A stretch of DNA of 63,005 bases, filler included, from Bdellovibrionales bacterium RIFOXYD12_FULL_39_22 (GCA_001770205.1; 8 parts of 8 records of this genome joined end to end with filler, not necessarily neighbours in it); one strand, 5' to 3'; shown: positions 38,819 to 50,175, counted from the whole stretch's first letter. Notes: generated from the sequence alone by a model not told the origin. Numbers and translations are program-made.

Positions 38819-41800
38819 GCAACTTTTCCATTCTTATTTTGAAAATTTAAAAAAAGTACTTCCAACATTGGTACAATAAAAAGAGTGAAGAGCATGGAAA
38901 ACCAAAGTCCACCACTCACCGCGATGCCCAGCGGTTGCAATATTTTTCCACCTTCTCCCAAACCTAGAGCGATTGGTAACATCCCTAAAATTGTTGTGAG
39001 GGAAGTAATCAAAATTGGACGCAATCTTCTTTTGGCAGCAAGAACAGCCGCTTCCAGTGGAGGATGTCCCTCTTCGTGTAATCTTTTTATAAAATCCACC
39101 AAAATAATAGAGTTATTAACGGCCAAGCCGCTAAGCAATATAACACCCAAAATTGAATTCAAAGATAGCGAACTACCAAATATCGCCAGCGACACAATTA
39201 CGCCAACCACTCCGGTGGGAATGGCGGTCAAGATAATTAGCGTATGAGCAAAATTCCCGAATTGAAAAAGCAAAGTTAAAAAGATTAGTAAGATTGAAAG
39301 GGCCACTGCAATGCCAAGCTGTTCAAGCGCATCGTTAAGTTCTTTTTTGGCATCTTCAAAAACATAGTATGGTTTTTCTTCAAAATTAATTTTGGGAAGT
39401 TGTTCTTTATCAAATTTTGCCAATAGTTTTTTGGCCTTCTTCAGTGAAGCAGGGGCCTTATATTCCTCGCCACGATTTTCTCTTCCTTCAAGTAAAAAAA
39501 GTAGCTGCCCATTTTCGCTATAACTTAAGGCCTTAGACTGCTTTAATTCCATAGAAAAAAATGCACGCAACGGTAGGATTTTTTCCCCTATCCTGATTGG
39601 AAATGCTTCCAACTCTTCCCTATTTCTTATGGCCCCAGGTGGATAGCGTAAAAAGATCTCGCGTGTCTTATTTTGAATGGTCATCTGGCCTAGATTTTTT
39701 CCATCTGTTGCTACACGAGTTAAATCAATTAAATCGTATGGAGAAAAAGAAACTCCAATTTTTGATAACTCGGCCCAACGCTCCCAACTCGGTCGCATAA
39801 CTACTTCACTATTTACCCCGCTATTAGGTTTTGTATACATCTCAGGAAAAACCTCTTTTTCTTGCAACACTTGATTTATAGCACTAGCAAGCATTCTGCG
39901 ATCTTCTGAGGTACCACCCTTAACGGCAATTTTAATTTCTGGTGGATTCGGGATAGGAAGCTCCGCAGGATTCCAGCGCTCAAACCAATAGTAGGTATCT
40001 GGTGTATTTTTAAAATATTTCTGCATATCCCGCCAAACTTTATCAATTTCACCTTTATCTTTTAAGCGGGCCATTATATTCGCATTGTTCGGATCATGAA
40101 TCTGGGTAAAGGTGTATTGTATTTTTTTTCCAAATTTCTTCAAAACATCCGCCTCCACGGTAGACATTTTTGTATCCATCTGTTCGATCATACTATTTCC
40201 AGAAACACTAATTCCCAATATCATCCAATCAGTGTCTGGGAGGCCAATGATCTCTTTTTTGAGTTTTGGCACCACAAATACAGAAAGTAATATTAGGACA
40301 ACTGTTAGCGTTCCCACCGTTGCCCATTTGGCATAACGGCCAACAATAAATTTTTCTAAAAGTTTGGTATAAGTTCTCTCCACCCATTCAATCTGATTGT
40401 TGATTGGAGGTAGTGAAAATTTTTCCATTCCGCCACTATGATTTAAAATATGTAATCGAACAGTGGGAACTAGAATCAATGCTACAAAAGCCGAAAACCC
40501 ATGTGAAAAAACAACCGCCTTGGCCAAATCACCAAGTATAGCGTTAGTTAAATCACTGGTAAAGGCCAGTGGCAAAAATACAACCAGGGAAGCAATGGTA
40601 GAGGCCATTACTGGTAAAACCACCTCTTTGACTGATTTAATAATCAGCTCAATTCTCTCCGCGAAAGTAAGTCTTCGATCAATTTTTTCCATGTGGCAAA
40701 AAATATTTTCCATCACCACCACAGAGGCATCAACATTCATCCCAGCAGAAAGGGCAAGGCCTCCCAAGGAAATTAGATTGATACTCATATTAGCAAATCG
40801 CATACATAAAAACGCCAACACCATCGAAAGGGGAATTTCAATAGCAGCGGTGATGGTGTTTTTTAAATTCCCCAGAAATAAAAACAAAACCAAGACAGCA
40901 ATGCAGGCGGCAAGTCCAACTTCTCTCATAACATTATTAACTGACTCACGAATAAACTGAGAGGGATCAACTAAGACTTTATATTGTACATCCGCTGGCA
41001 AAGAGATATTTTCTACTATATCGAGAATGTCTTCCGCCATCTTTTTAATATTTCCACCACTTTTGGGAGTGGCAAATAGAATAAGACTCTTTGCTCCATT
41101 GGTTTTATAAATTCGTTTATTAGAACTACTCTCAATTAAAGATACGCGCGCAACTTTTGAAAGTGGAATAAATTTGCGTTCAGGTGTTTCCACCAAAACT
41201 CTCTGTACATCTTCAACACTATTTACTGAACGTTCTAACTGAATATCTAGTTTTTTTTCCCCCAATAAAAAAGAGCCGCCCTTATAACTAATCAATGTCT
41301 TTTGCAGGGCCTGCTCAATGTCGCGTGGAAAAATTCCCAGAGTGGTCATGGCCATTTTATCTAATTCAATCCGCACCTCTTTTTGCGCTGGATTCCAAAG
41401 TCCTGGATTATCTGCATCGGCAACTTTTTGCAACTCAGGTGAAATGAGTGGATTTATAAGTTCGTACAATTCATCAGGAGTTCTTTTTTCACTATAATAA
41501 CTGATAGCCACGAAACCTGAATTATCGTTATTAATTCCCACCCAGAAATTATCGCGGATTTCAGTCGGCCACCTTCCACTTAAAGAGGTCAGTAAATTGT
41601 TTATTGCTATGCGGGCCTCTTTGGGATCTGCCCCCCATCTGAAATCTACTGCGTATCTGGCACCACTCTGTCGGTAAGTAGCAAAAAGATTATCTACTAC
41701 TAAATCACCAGACGAGTACGCCATGATTGCTGATTCAATGTCACTTCCATATTGCTTTCTAAATTCGTCGGCGGTTAAATTTCCGTAAGAGATCGAACCA

Positions 41801-41928
41801 TAAACAGTTGGCTTACTACTGTTGGGGTAAAGCGAAATGGGAAGCTTGTATCCAGAAAAGATACCCAGCAGTGCAAATCCAATCAATAAAAGATAGACTT
41901 TAAACGGCGACGAGAAAACGGACTTCAC
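38815..41928 (-). CDS. RND efflux permease (AcrB/MdtB-like)
   Basis: 1037 aa; GMNVDASVVVMENI, VNNSIILVD, RLRPILITSLTTILGMLP. Confidence 0.95.
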   Translation of the reverse strand: MKSVFSSPFKVYLLLIGFALLGIFSGYKLPISLYPNSSKPTVYGSISYGNLTADEFRKQYGSDIESAIMAYSSGDLVVDNLFATYRQSGARYAVDFRWGADPKEARIAINNLLTSLSGRWPTEIRDNFWVGINNDNSGFVAISYYSEKRTPDELYELINPLISPELQKVADADNPGLWNPAQKEVRIELDKMAMTTLGIFPRDIEQALQKTLISYKGGSFLLGEKKLDIQLERSVNSVEDVQRVLVETPERKFIPLSKVARVSLIESSSNKRIYKTNGAKSLILFATPKSGGNIKKMAEDILDIVENISLPADVQYKVLVDPSQFIRESVNNVMREVGLAACIAVLVLFLFLGNLKNTITAAIEIPLSMVLAFLCMRFANMSINLISLGGLALSAGMNVDASVVVMENIFCHMEKIDRRLTFAERIELIIKSVKEVVLPVMASTIASLVVFLPLAFTSDLTNAILGDLAKAVVFSHGFSAFVALILVPTVRLHILNHSGGMEKFSLPPINNQIEWVERTYTKLLEKFIVGRYAKWATVGTLTVVLILLSVFVVPKLKKEIIGLPDTDWMILGISVSGNSMIEQMDTKMSTVEADVLKKFGKKIQYTFTQIHDPNNANIMARLKDKGEIDKVWRDMQKYFKNTPDTYYWFERWNPAELPIPNPPEIKIAVKGGTSEDRRMLASAINQVLQEKEVFPEMYTKPNSGVNSEVVMRPSWERWAELSKIGVSFSPYDLIDLTRVATDGKNLGQMTIQNKTREIFLRYPPGAIRNREELEAFPIRIGEKILPLRAFFSMELKQSKALSYSENGQLLFLLEGRENRGEEYKAPASLKKAKKLLAKFDKEQLPKINFEEKPYYVFEDAKKELNDALEQLGIAVALSILLIFLTLLFQFGNFAHTLIILTAIPTGVVGVIVSLAIFGSSLSLNSILGVILLSGLAVNNSIILVDFIKRLHEEGHPPLEAAVLAAKRRLRPILITSLTTILGMLPIALGLGEGGKILQPLGIAVSGGLWFSMLFTLFIVPMLEVLFLNFQNKNGKVA

Positions 41929-41930
41929 AA

Positions 41931-42794
41931 CTAAATATCCTTCTCGTTTTGCACTTCTACTTTATCACCATCGGCCAAAAAAGAGGTTGAACGAACAACG
42001 ACAACATCATTGTCATTAAGTCCTTTTACAATTTCTGCCACCCCTTTCCGAATTGGCCCAACTTCTACCTCAACTCTCTTAACTGCACCACTGCTCACAA
42101 CACTCAGAAAAGTTTTTGTTCCAAAGTAATTAATAGCATCAGCACTTATTTCAAATCCCGAATGCATGTTAGTTTGAAAAACCACTTGCCCAATCTCCCC
42201 CATCGGTAGCATTTTGCCTTTGTTTTCTTTAGATGGAATCAATTCCAACTCCGCCGGTGAAGTTCCGGTGTAAAAATCAAGTACTGGGGCCATACCAACA
42301 ATTCGCACCGGGAAGGTAAGTTTTCCACCTGACACGTACAACGTTCCAGTCATCCCGGCCCGCAATCCAACTAGGTCGCTAGAAGTAATTTCAATTTTTA
42401 TTTTATATACAGAAGGATCGGTAATTTTGACTAGTACTTGCGCTTTACCGACCACGTTTCCTTCGGTGGTTAGAATTTGGGTTACAATACCGTTAATTGG
42501 AGAAGTAATTTTCATTGGAACATAATTATAAGCGGGATCTACCTGTTTAACCGCCAAAAGAGTTTCACCCTTTTTAACTTGCTTCCCAAGTGTTACAAAA
42601 ATTTTTTCTACTGAACCTTGTGATTCCGCAAGTACACTCGCTTCAATTTTGGGAAGTATCTGCGCTGGATAACTTAAGGTATCAAAGATCTCACTAGTTT
42701 TAACCTTTGCGGCAAAAACTGATTTGGGTGTAGTTGCGGCGTAGATGCTTGAGAATAAAAAACAAAGAATAGATATTAATGATAGCACTTTCAT
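41931..42794 (-). CDS. RND periplasmic adaptor subunit
   Basis: G.VEKIFV..G..VKKGE.L, ITSPINGIV, IVKGL..GD.V. Confidence 0.9.
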   Translation of the reverse strand: MKVLSLISILCFLFSSIYAATTPKSVFAAKVKTSEIFDTLSYPAQILPKIEASVLAESQGSVEKIFVTLGKQVKKGETLLAVKQVDPAYNYVPMKITSPINGIVTQILTTEGNVVGKAQVLVKITDPSVYKIKIEITSSDLVGLRAGMTGTLYVSGGKLTFPVRIVGMAPVLDFYTGTSPAELELIPSKENKGKMLPMGEIGQVVFQTNMHSGFEISADAINYFGTKTFLSVVSSGAVKRVEVEVGPIRKGVAEIVKGLNDNDVVVVRSTSFLADGDKVEVQNEKDI

Positions 42795-43084
42795 TTTATA
42801 GATTCCTCCCCCAAAAAAGATATTGGTACATGGCGTATAGCACGACGAAAATGATACGCAAACTCCAAATATTTGATCTGTAATAATTTCATCAATACTA
42901 CGGCAAAAAGCTCGGCCAATTTCACATTCTGTGATTCGGACAGTGGTTTTTAGAGTATAGTTCGCCCAGTCTAATCAAATAATANNNNNNNNNNNNNNNN
43001 NNNNNNNNNNNNNNNNNNNNNNNNNNNNTTAATTAATTAANNNNNNNNNNNNNNNNNNNNNNNNNNNNNNNNNNNNNNNNNNNN

Positions 43085-43141
43085 ATAAAATGCATTTTTT
43101 TTATTTTTTTTAACTTAAAATATTATCTGTGAAAGCCTTAC
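43085..43141. mobile_element. Opposite end of the IS66-like element
   Basis: CTGTGAAAGCCTTAC (43127-43141) is the rc of the 15-bp terminal repeat; internal sequence differs from the left end. Confidence 0.7.
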
Positions 43142-43188
43142 TGTAAAATAGTATGTTGTTTGTCAGGCGAACATGATAATTGGCCTGT

Positions 43189-44523
43189 ATGAAAACATCA
43201 TTTTTATTTTTATTGGCTATTGGTTTATTCATCCTATCATCTACCTTTGCAGGGCCTGTAATAGAATTAAAGTCCGAATATGCACTAAAGAAAAATATCA
43301 AGCAGCGTGATTTTAGTGGGGTGATCCTGGTTGCGCAGGATTCTAAAATCTTAATGAAGCAAGCTTTTGGATATAAAAATTTGAAGACAAAAATTCCTAT
43401 TACCACGAATGATAGATTTCAAATTGGCTCAAATACAAAACAATTTGTTGCGGCCTCACTCTTATTACTTCAAGAGGATGGAAGATTATCACTCAACGAT
43501 TCGGTAACAAAATATCTTCCTTCATTAACAGAATATTCAGAAGTTCGTATCGTTGATCTATTAAACCATAGCTCGGGGATCACGAACTTTACTGATCATG
43601 AAGAGTTTTGGGGCATGGTGAATTATGATGTAACCATGACATTGGATGATATAATTAACTTTTCTCGAAATTATCCTTTAGATTTTGCACCTCGCGCCAA
43701 ATGGAGTTACTCAAATACAGGTTATATACTTGCGGGGAAAATTATGGAGCAAGTTAGCGACGAGAGTTGGGATAACTTCATAAAGAATCACTTTCTTCGT
43801 CCACTTGAAATGAATGATAGCGGATATCAGATTTACTTTGAACAAGCATCTGATGTATTGGGACATATTAGAAACGAAGGCCGAATGGAATCAGTCCCAA
43901 AATTTAACTTGTCATGGGCGCTGTCTGCTGGTGCGCTTTATTCGACTGCCGATGATCTACTTAAGTGGACATCTATATATGACAATTCCACCCTGGTATC
44001 AGAGGAGTCCAAAAAGATGATGCAGACACCTTTTTTGGAAAACTATGGATTAGGAGTCAGAATTTTACCGCTGGGGAATGATGTAGTTATTGAACATGGT
44101 GGAAGAACACCCGGGTTTGTTTCAAAAATAATGTATCTGAAAAATGCCAAGCTTGCGATCATTGTACTAGACAATATTGATGGTGCTGTTCAAACAGTTC
44201 CAGATTTACTGTTTGAGTTTTTTACGTCTGGACATGCGCAGGCCATCCGGCCTGCTAACTATTCTATGCCAGTGGAAACCTATCAGGACTTTGTTGGAAA
44301 TTATGTGGGGCCAAGACTTTCAGTAAAAATTTTCGTAACTAATGGGCAGTTGTTTTTACAACCAAACGACGGCCAGCCTCCATATTTACTTAGGGCAAAT
44401 GACAAAGACAGCTTTAATCTAGAAGAGTTTGCGGGAGAGGAATTCATTAGAAATACCGAAGGGGAAGTTGTAGAATTAAAGCACTATCAACATGGACAAG
44501 TTAGCTACTTTGAAAAAAAGTAG
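43189..44523 (+). CDS. Secreted serine hydrolase, beta-lactamase class C/PBP-like, with C-terminal accessory domain
   Basis: GSNTK (SxxK), LLNHSSG, YSN, HGG. Confidence 0.92.
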   Translation: MKTSFLFLLAIGLFILSSTFAGPVIELKSEYALKKNIKQRDFSGVILVAQDSKILMKQAFGYKNLKTKIPITTNDRFQIGSNTKQFVAASLLLLQEDGRLSLNDSVTKYLPSLTEYSEVRIVDLLNHSSGITNFTDHEEFWGMVNYDVTMTLDDIINFSRNYPLDFAPRAKWSYSNTGYILAGKIMEQVSDESWDNFIKNHFLRPLEMNDSGYQIYFEQASDVLGHIRNEGRMESVPKFNLSWALSAGALYSTADDLLKWTSIYDNSTLVSEESKKMMQTPFLENYGLGVRILPLGNDVVIEHGGRTPGFVSKIMYLKNAKLAIIVLDNIDGAVQTVPDLLFEFFTSGHAQAIRPANYSMPVETYQDFVGNYVGPRLSVKIFVTNGQLFLQPNDGQPPYLLRANDKDSFNLEEFAGEEFIRNTEGEVVELKHYQHGQVSYFEKK

Positions 44524-44598
44524 TACAAGTGCATTGCACCTCCTTCCGATTAAAGCAAGCAAAAATAGAGTTGAGCTTTGCCCGGGTAAAAGAAGAAT

Positions 44599-45482
44599 GT
44601 AACTGGTCAGTGTAGTTCTACGTTTTTTTCATAAATGGCGGGATTTCTCCATTGAAAAGCATTCTTAGGGCATCCGTTGGACTGAGGCCATTTTTTCTAG
44701 CTGTAACAAAATAGCTTCGTATCAAGCAAAATTCTTGTGCACCATCCATAGACCGAAAACAACCACTGATTTTTTGCTAGACTTTGGTCATTCGAAGATC
44801 GTTCTCACCCTGATTATTAGTGAAGGGTACTAATTTTTCTTTCATAAAACGAAGAGTGTCTTCTTCAAAATTAATAAGTCGATCTAATAGATTGCTAGAT
44901 TTTGACTTTGCTATTTTCCCCTTTTGCCCTTCTTTCCGAGGAGAAATTGGACATTCCTTTTTGCCCTCGTCCCAAATTGCGCGATATCGCTTCTCGTAAT
45001 ATTTAATTTTTTTGCTTGATAAAACACCATCAGATTCTTTTACCAGTTCGTTAATTTTGCTCAGCGTCGTGGCAAAGGGGTTCCTTGTAATAAGGCAAAA
45101 TACCCATCCTGTTCATTGCCTCTTGTCCTCTTTTTTCGTCTGAATGATACAGTGTTACTTTGTCATTAGAAAGGTTCTGTGGCCAAGCCTTTTTTCCATT
45201 TATATTTATTCCCGTTTCGTCAGCGTGGTCAACTGGGGAATTTAATAACTCGTTTTTTGCCCACTCTTTAAAACCAATTTTCTCCAACTTTTCGCAAGCA
45301 TTGTTTTTGAAGTTGTCAATGGACCCCTTGCTTATTGGAAGACCTACTTGATCATTAAAATAATCTTCAACTCTGGCCAAGGGAACAAGTTGAGATACTG
45401 ACATGCAAATTGACTCTGCCTTTACTTCGTTGCCATACTGCACGGCCTTCTTAATATCTTCTGCGAATGCAGCAACATATTT
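44599..45482 (-). mobile_element. IS66-family (single-ORF, ISBst12-like) transposase pseudogene with right end
   Basis: VQYG..VKA, HADETG, TNNQGENDLRMTKV..KISGCFRS; frameshifted; terminus GTAACTGGTCAG at 44599. Confidence 0.85.
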
Positions 45483-46489
45483 AGGGCTCGCGCATAAATA
45501 AGTGTTACAACTATGCCCTGGGCAAGATCTCATAGTTCCAATCACCATGAAACACATTTCGCTTAATTTGAATTGATTCCATTTGCTCATCAGTTACAAT
45601 TTTTCCTGGTTTGTATTTACGTTTATCAGGTTTACATTTTACTCGAAGGCCTGCAGCTGTTTTAGTGGCCGCAATTAATTGAACAATCGTTTCGTAGTTA
45701 ATCAATGGCTCACCCTTCCAGTTCTGACTTATAAATGAGAAAAACCTGTGCTCAACTTTATTCCATTTACTTGTGCCTGGTGGAAAATGACTTACCATAA
45801 TAGGCATCTTAGTTTCATCCGCCAGGCGCTGCAACTCCCATTTCCATAAGCGAAGTCGTGTTCCATTACTTCCTCCGGCATCTGCGGTGATAAAAAGTTT
45901 TTTTGCTTTGGGATACAGCTTACGACCACAGGATGTCCACCAACCACGAATGGATGCCACCGCGAAACTGGCAGTGTCATGACTGGATTGTGAGAGCGCA
46001 TTTGCTTAGTTGCCTGCATGTTTATATATTCAAACTGCGCATTTCGATCCGGAGGTTGTTTCCCGGCCAGTGTTTTCTGGTTACCCTGAAGACTGTATTT
46101 CATCTTGCGTAGTAACGAGGCCACAAGTCGAGGACAAGCATGATGGCCAAGCCTTACTAATTCTTTTGATAATAGCGTAGTACTCTTACAGGTCCAGCGA
46201 ATCGACGACATGGGATCTCCGCAAGTCAATGGCTCTACGAGCAATTCAAGATTTGCAATCAAGTCAGGGTCTTTTTCAATGGACTGTTTCCTTCCACCAC
46301 CAACGGCGCGGATTCTATTGGTGGGATTATCGGAACTCTCAATTTCGTTTAATCCAGCGTGTATTGCACGTCTCGAAATTTTCGTTGCTCGCAACACAAT
46401 TGAGATTCCACCATATCCGATTGAAGAAGCTTCGATTGCTGCAAACAAACAGCGAGATAAGTTGTAACACTTATTTTTGCGCGAGCCCT
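45483..46489 (-). mobile_element. ISAzo13-family element, internally deleted
   Basis: 30-bp TIRs AGGGCTCGCGCAwAAATAAGTGTTACAACT; transposase pieces GDPMS.IRWTCKS and ADAGGSNG..HFPPGTSKWNKVEHR. Confidence 0.9.
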
Positions 46490-46779
46490 GAGGGAGTCAC
46501 GAAATCGTAAAAAATTCCTACTTTTGATTTTGGAATGAAAATCCATGATATTCAAAATTAACTGCGCAAAACAAACAAAAAAAAATAGACAAGCATGCCC
46601 TAAAAAGTTGGCAAAAAAAAACTCCCGAGATGGTTAGCAACTTAAATTGCTTCAAAAAAAACACAAATCCCAAAAACATTCCCTCAATAACTGCTCAAAA
46701 TCAAAGGCAACGAAATTATGTCCTATCTATCGTAAAACTATGATCTTTTTATTCAAAATCGATTTATAATATACCAATT

Positions 46780-49700
46780 ATGGCAAGTATCCCAAACAAA
46801 ATTTCTTCCATCCTCATTATGGGAATAACAATTTTGATAATTGCTACCGGATGTGGCAAGGTGGAAATCACCTTTCATTCAAAAAAAGCAATTTTTGACA
46901 GATCACCAACTCTCACAACAGCTGCGTTTATTGGCCCTGCAACACCTCCTACTCTTCTCAACATAAACCCTGCCAGTCCTAGTACTTCAACGACCCCTAC
47001 ACTTGATGGCCTAGCAACTACAGATACTGCTACCGTGAAACTCTTTACTTCATCTACTTGTGCTAGCAACGAAATTGGTAGTGGTAGTAAAGACGAATGG
47101 GAGACCGGAGGAATCAGCGTTACCCTCATTGCCAATACGGCATCACAAATATATGTACAGGCATATGACTTAATCGGAAATCCATCCATTTGCCAAAGCA
47201 TTACAATCTACCAACATGACAGCAATGGGCCAACTCCAGTAGACTCGCTCTCTCCTGGATCGGCCACCTTAAACATGCTTTCCCAATCTCCACCAATGAA
47301 CTGGGCAGGAGGTGCCGTAGACGCTGGAATCGGTTTTGATCACTATGAATATTCCATTGGGACAACTAATGGTGGCACAAATATTGTTGATTGGACTTCT
47401 GCCGGAACATCAACCAGCACAACTGCCACCGGTCTTAGCTTGACACCAGAGACCTTCTACTACTTTAATCTAAGAGCAATTGACCTACTTGGAAATTTAT
47501 CTACCGTCACTACAGCAAGTTGGCAAACCCACGCAGAAGCATTAGCGATAGCCCCAACTTCCGCGAATTTGTTGCCACGTGATTCTCAAACTTTTTCAGC
47601 AACAGGTGGATACTTACCAATTATCTACTCCCTCTCAATCGCAACAGGTTCAATAAACTCAACCACCGGGCAATATACATCCCCCAACGATGTTGGCAAT
47701 GTTACAGTCTATGCAACAGATGATACGGCAACCCAGGTCTCTGCCACAGTAAATATCGCACTGGTCATTGTCGCGACAACTTCCTCAAAAACTCTTGCAA
47801 CCAATGAAAAATATCAATTTAGCGCCACCAACGGATTTCCAGCTTACACCTGGTTAATTACCAGTGGGTCTGGATCTATAGACTCATCAACTGGTGATTA
47901 CATTGCACCACTTACTGCTAATATGGCCACAATACGCACTACCGACATCGAAGGGTATTTTGACAATATCTCTATTACCACTAACGAATTTGTAGAATCA
48001 GATCGTTGGGGTCTATTTAATGAATTTAATTTTAGGGCACGAGCACTTACAAGAGACAGCGCTGGAAATATCTATGCGGGTGGAGGCGGAGGAGATCGCA
48101 CCGACGGATCTTTTCCTCATTGGATTATTAGAAAATGGGATGGATCATCGTGGACAACCATCGAAGACTATATGGGATCAACAAATAATCTCTATGCGCT
48201 CACATCTGATAATGCAGGGAATATTTATGCTGCCGGAGTCACATCCGGCTACCCTAAATGGACAGTTCGGAAATGGAATGGGACAGCGTGGAGTACTATT
48301 GATGAATACCAAATGGAGTTAAACCAAGAAGCAGAAGCTCACGCTCTTACGGCCGATAATTTTGGGAATGTTTATACGGCCGGATATGCCAGGAATACGG
48401 CAGGTTACTATTTCTGGATTGTAAAAAAATGGGACGGATCTTCCTGGACGGTCATCGACAACTATCAACTGGCTGCTAACAAAATTGCCCAAGCAAGCGC
48501 TCTGACATCAGATGGTACCAATATCTATTCGACAGGATGTGCCCAAGATGCATCTAATTACTTCCATTGGATTGTAAGAAAATGGGATGGGTCATCCTGG
48601 AGTACAATTGGTGACTATCGGTATGTAGCAACAAAAGCATCCAATGGGACAGCACTAACTTTAGATGGAAATGGCTACCTTTACACATCTGGTTATGTGA
48701 GAGATGCTTCAAACTACCTACATTGGATTGTACGTAAGTGGGATGGATCATCATGGAGTACAATTGATGATTATCAATTGTCAGCAAACAAAGCAGCATT
48801 CTCATACGCATTGATTTCGGATAACGGCAACAATGTTTATGCTGGAGGATACGCCCAAGATGCATCTGGAGCACCTCATTGGATCGTAAAGAAATGGAAT
48901 GGATCATCATGGACTACTGTTGATGATTATTTGGGTGAGCCAGGTAGTTCGGCTGCATATGTTTCAGCATTGACAACCGACAATGCCGGAAGCTTTTATG
49001 CCGGCGGATATGTTGTTGAAGCATCTGGGGCGGAACACTGGATTGTAAGAACAGGAGACTCATCATGGAATACTAGCGATAATTTTTCCATGACAGCTAG
49101 CATATCCGCCGGAGTAAATGCCTTGGCCCAAGATGGCGCAAGCAATATATATGCAACAGGATGGGCAGATGATGGTTCCGGGGTATATGATTATGGCCAC
49201 TGGATTGTGAGAAGATGGAATGGATCATCTTGGAGTACGATTGATGATTTTCGATTATCAATCAATGAAGATATCTGGGCGTCTGCCAATGCTGTAACGG
49301 TAGATGGATCTGGAAGTATTTATGTCACTGGCTATGCGACTGATGACTCCTATTATGAACACTGGATTGTGAGAAAATGGGATGGCTCCTCATGGAGTAC
49401 AATTGACGATTATCAACTTGAGCCAACTAAAAAGTCGGTAGGTCATTCTATTGTCGCAGATGGGAGTGGAATTGTTTACGCATCTGGACAGGCCTATGAT
49501 ATATCTAATTACGCCTACTGGATTGTGAGAAAATGGGATGGCTCTTCATGGAGTACGATTGATGATTATCAACTAGAACCAACCAAGACGGCCTCTAGTA
49601 ATTCGCTAGTGTCTGACAACGCTGGAAATATTTTCATAGCAGGTTCCGCCAAAGATGCCTCCAATTATTATCATTGGATAATCCGAAAATGGGATGGCTC

Positions 49701-50175
49701 TTCATGGAGTACGATTGATGATTATCAGCTTGAAGTAGGTTATGATGCAATGGCATTCTCGTTAATGCGTAATAACGATGGTACTATATATGTCACTGGT
49801 TCCGCCAAAGATGCCTCCAATTATTATCATTGGGTAATCCGAAAATGGGATGGCTCTTCATGGAGTACAATTGATAATTACCAATTGACTGCCGATGGAA
49901 GTGCCAATGCATATTCTATTACCCAAGATGGATCTGGTAATCTATATGTAACAGGGAATGCAAATGATACGTCTTATATTTCTCACTGGATTGTTCGTAA
50001 ATGGAATGGTCAATATTGGAGCACCGTTCGTGACGAAGTATTCAGCTCGACTTTTTGGACTAGATCTGCGACAGGAAATGCTCTAATTTATGACACACTC
50101 AATGATCTTATTTACTGTGGCGGTCAGCGAGAAGATGGTTGGAGCAGTGATTGGTATGTCGAGAAGCTGCCTTGA
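46780..50175 (+). CDS. Large surface lipoprotein: Ig/Fn3-like stalk plus 14 Trp-rich beta-propeller repeats
   Basis: Lipobox ATGC; YEYSIGT..YYFNLRAID Fn3-like domain; repeats of about 53 aa containing WIVRKWDGSSWSTIDDY. Confidence 0.8.
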   Translation: MASIPNKISSILIMGITILIIATGCGKVEITFHSKKAIFDRSPTLTTAAFIGPATPPTLLNINPASPSTSTTPTLDGLATTDTATVKLFTSSTCASNEIGSGSKDEWETGGISVTLIANTASQIYVQAYDLIGNPSICQSITIYQHDSNGPTPVDSLSPGSATLNMLSQSPPMNWAGGAVDAGIGFDHYEYSIGTTNGGTNIVDWTSAGTSTSTTATGLSLTPETFYYFNLRAIDLLGNLSTVTTASWQTHAEALAIAPTSANLLPRDSQTFSATGGYLPIIYSLSIATGSINSTTGQYTSPNDVGNVTVYATDDTATQVSATVNIALVIVATTSSKTLATNEKYQFSATNGFPAYTWLITSGSGSIDSSTGDYIAPLTANMATIRTTDIEGYFDNISITTNEFVESDRWGLFNEFNFRARALTRDSAGNIYAGGGGGDRTDGSFPHWIIRKWDGSSWTTIEDYMGSTNNLYALTSDNAGNIYAAGVTSGYPKWTVRKWNGTAWSTIDEYQMELNQEAEAHALTADNFGNVYTAGYARNTAGYYFWIVKKWDGSSWTVIDNYQLAANKIAQASALTSDGTNIYSTGCAQDASNYFHWIVRKWDGSSWSTIGDYRYVATKASNGTALTLDGNGYLYTSGYVRDASNYLHWIVRKWDGSSWSTIDDYQLSANKAAFSYALISDNGNNVYAGGYAQDASGAPHWIVKKWNGSSWTTVDDYLGEPGSSAAYVSALTTDNAGSFYAGGYVVEASGAEHWIVRTGDSSWNTSDNFSMTASISAGVNALAQDGASNIYATGWADDGSGVYDYGHWIVRRWNGSSWSTIDDFRLSINEDIWASANAVTVDGSGSIYVTGYATDDSYYEHWIVRKWDGSSWSTIDDYQLEPTKKSVGHSIVADGSGIVYASGQAYDISNYAYWIVRKWDGSSWSTIDDYQLEPTKTASSNSLVSDNAGNIFIAGSAKDASNYYHWIIRKWDGSSWSTIDDYQLEVGYDAMAFSLMRNNDGTIYVTGSAKDASNYYHWVIRKWDGSSWSTIDNYQLTADGSANAYSITQDGSGNLYVTGNANDTSYISHWIVRKWNGQYWSTVRDEVFSSTFWTRSATGNALIYDTLNDLIYCGGQREDGWSSDWYVEKLP

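Larger units (their letters stand above)
36797..42953. mobile_element. Transposase-less segment bounded by 26-bp perfect inverted repeats
   Basis: CTAAAAACCACTGTCCGAATCACAGA at 36797-36822 and its rc at 42928-42953. Confidence 0.45.

Noticed and set aside
43189..44523. True AmpC beta-lactamase resistance gene
   Set aside because: HGG instead of KTG and an extra C-terminal domain fit a generic serine hydrolase/peptidase
48100..50050. CRISPR array or DGR target suggested by periodic repeats
   Set aside because: Repeats are in-frame protein repeats with synonymous variation; no cas or reverse transcriptase gene in the window
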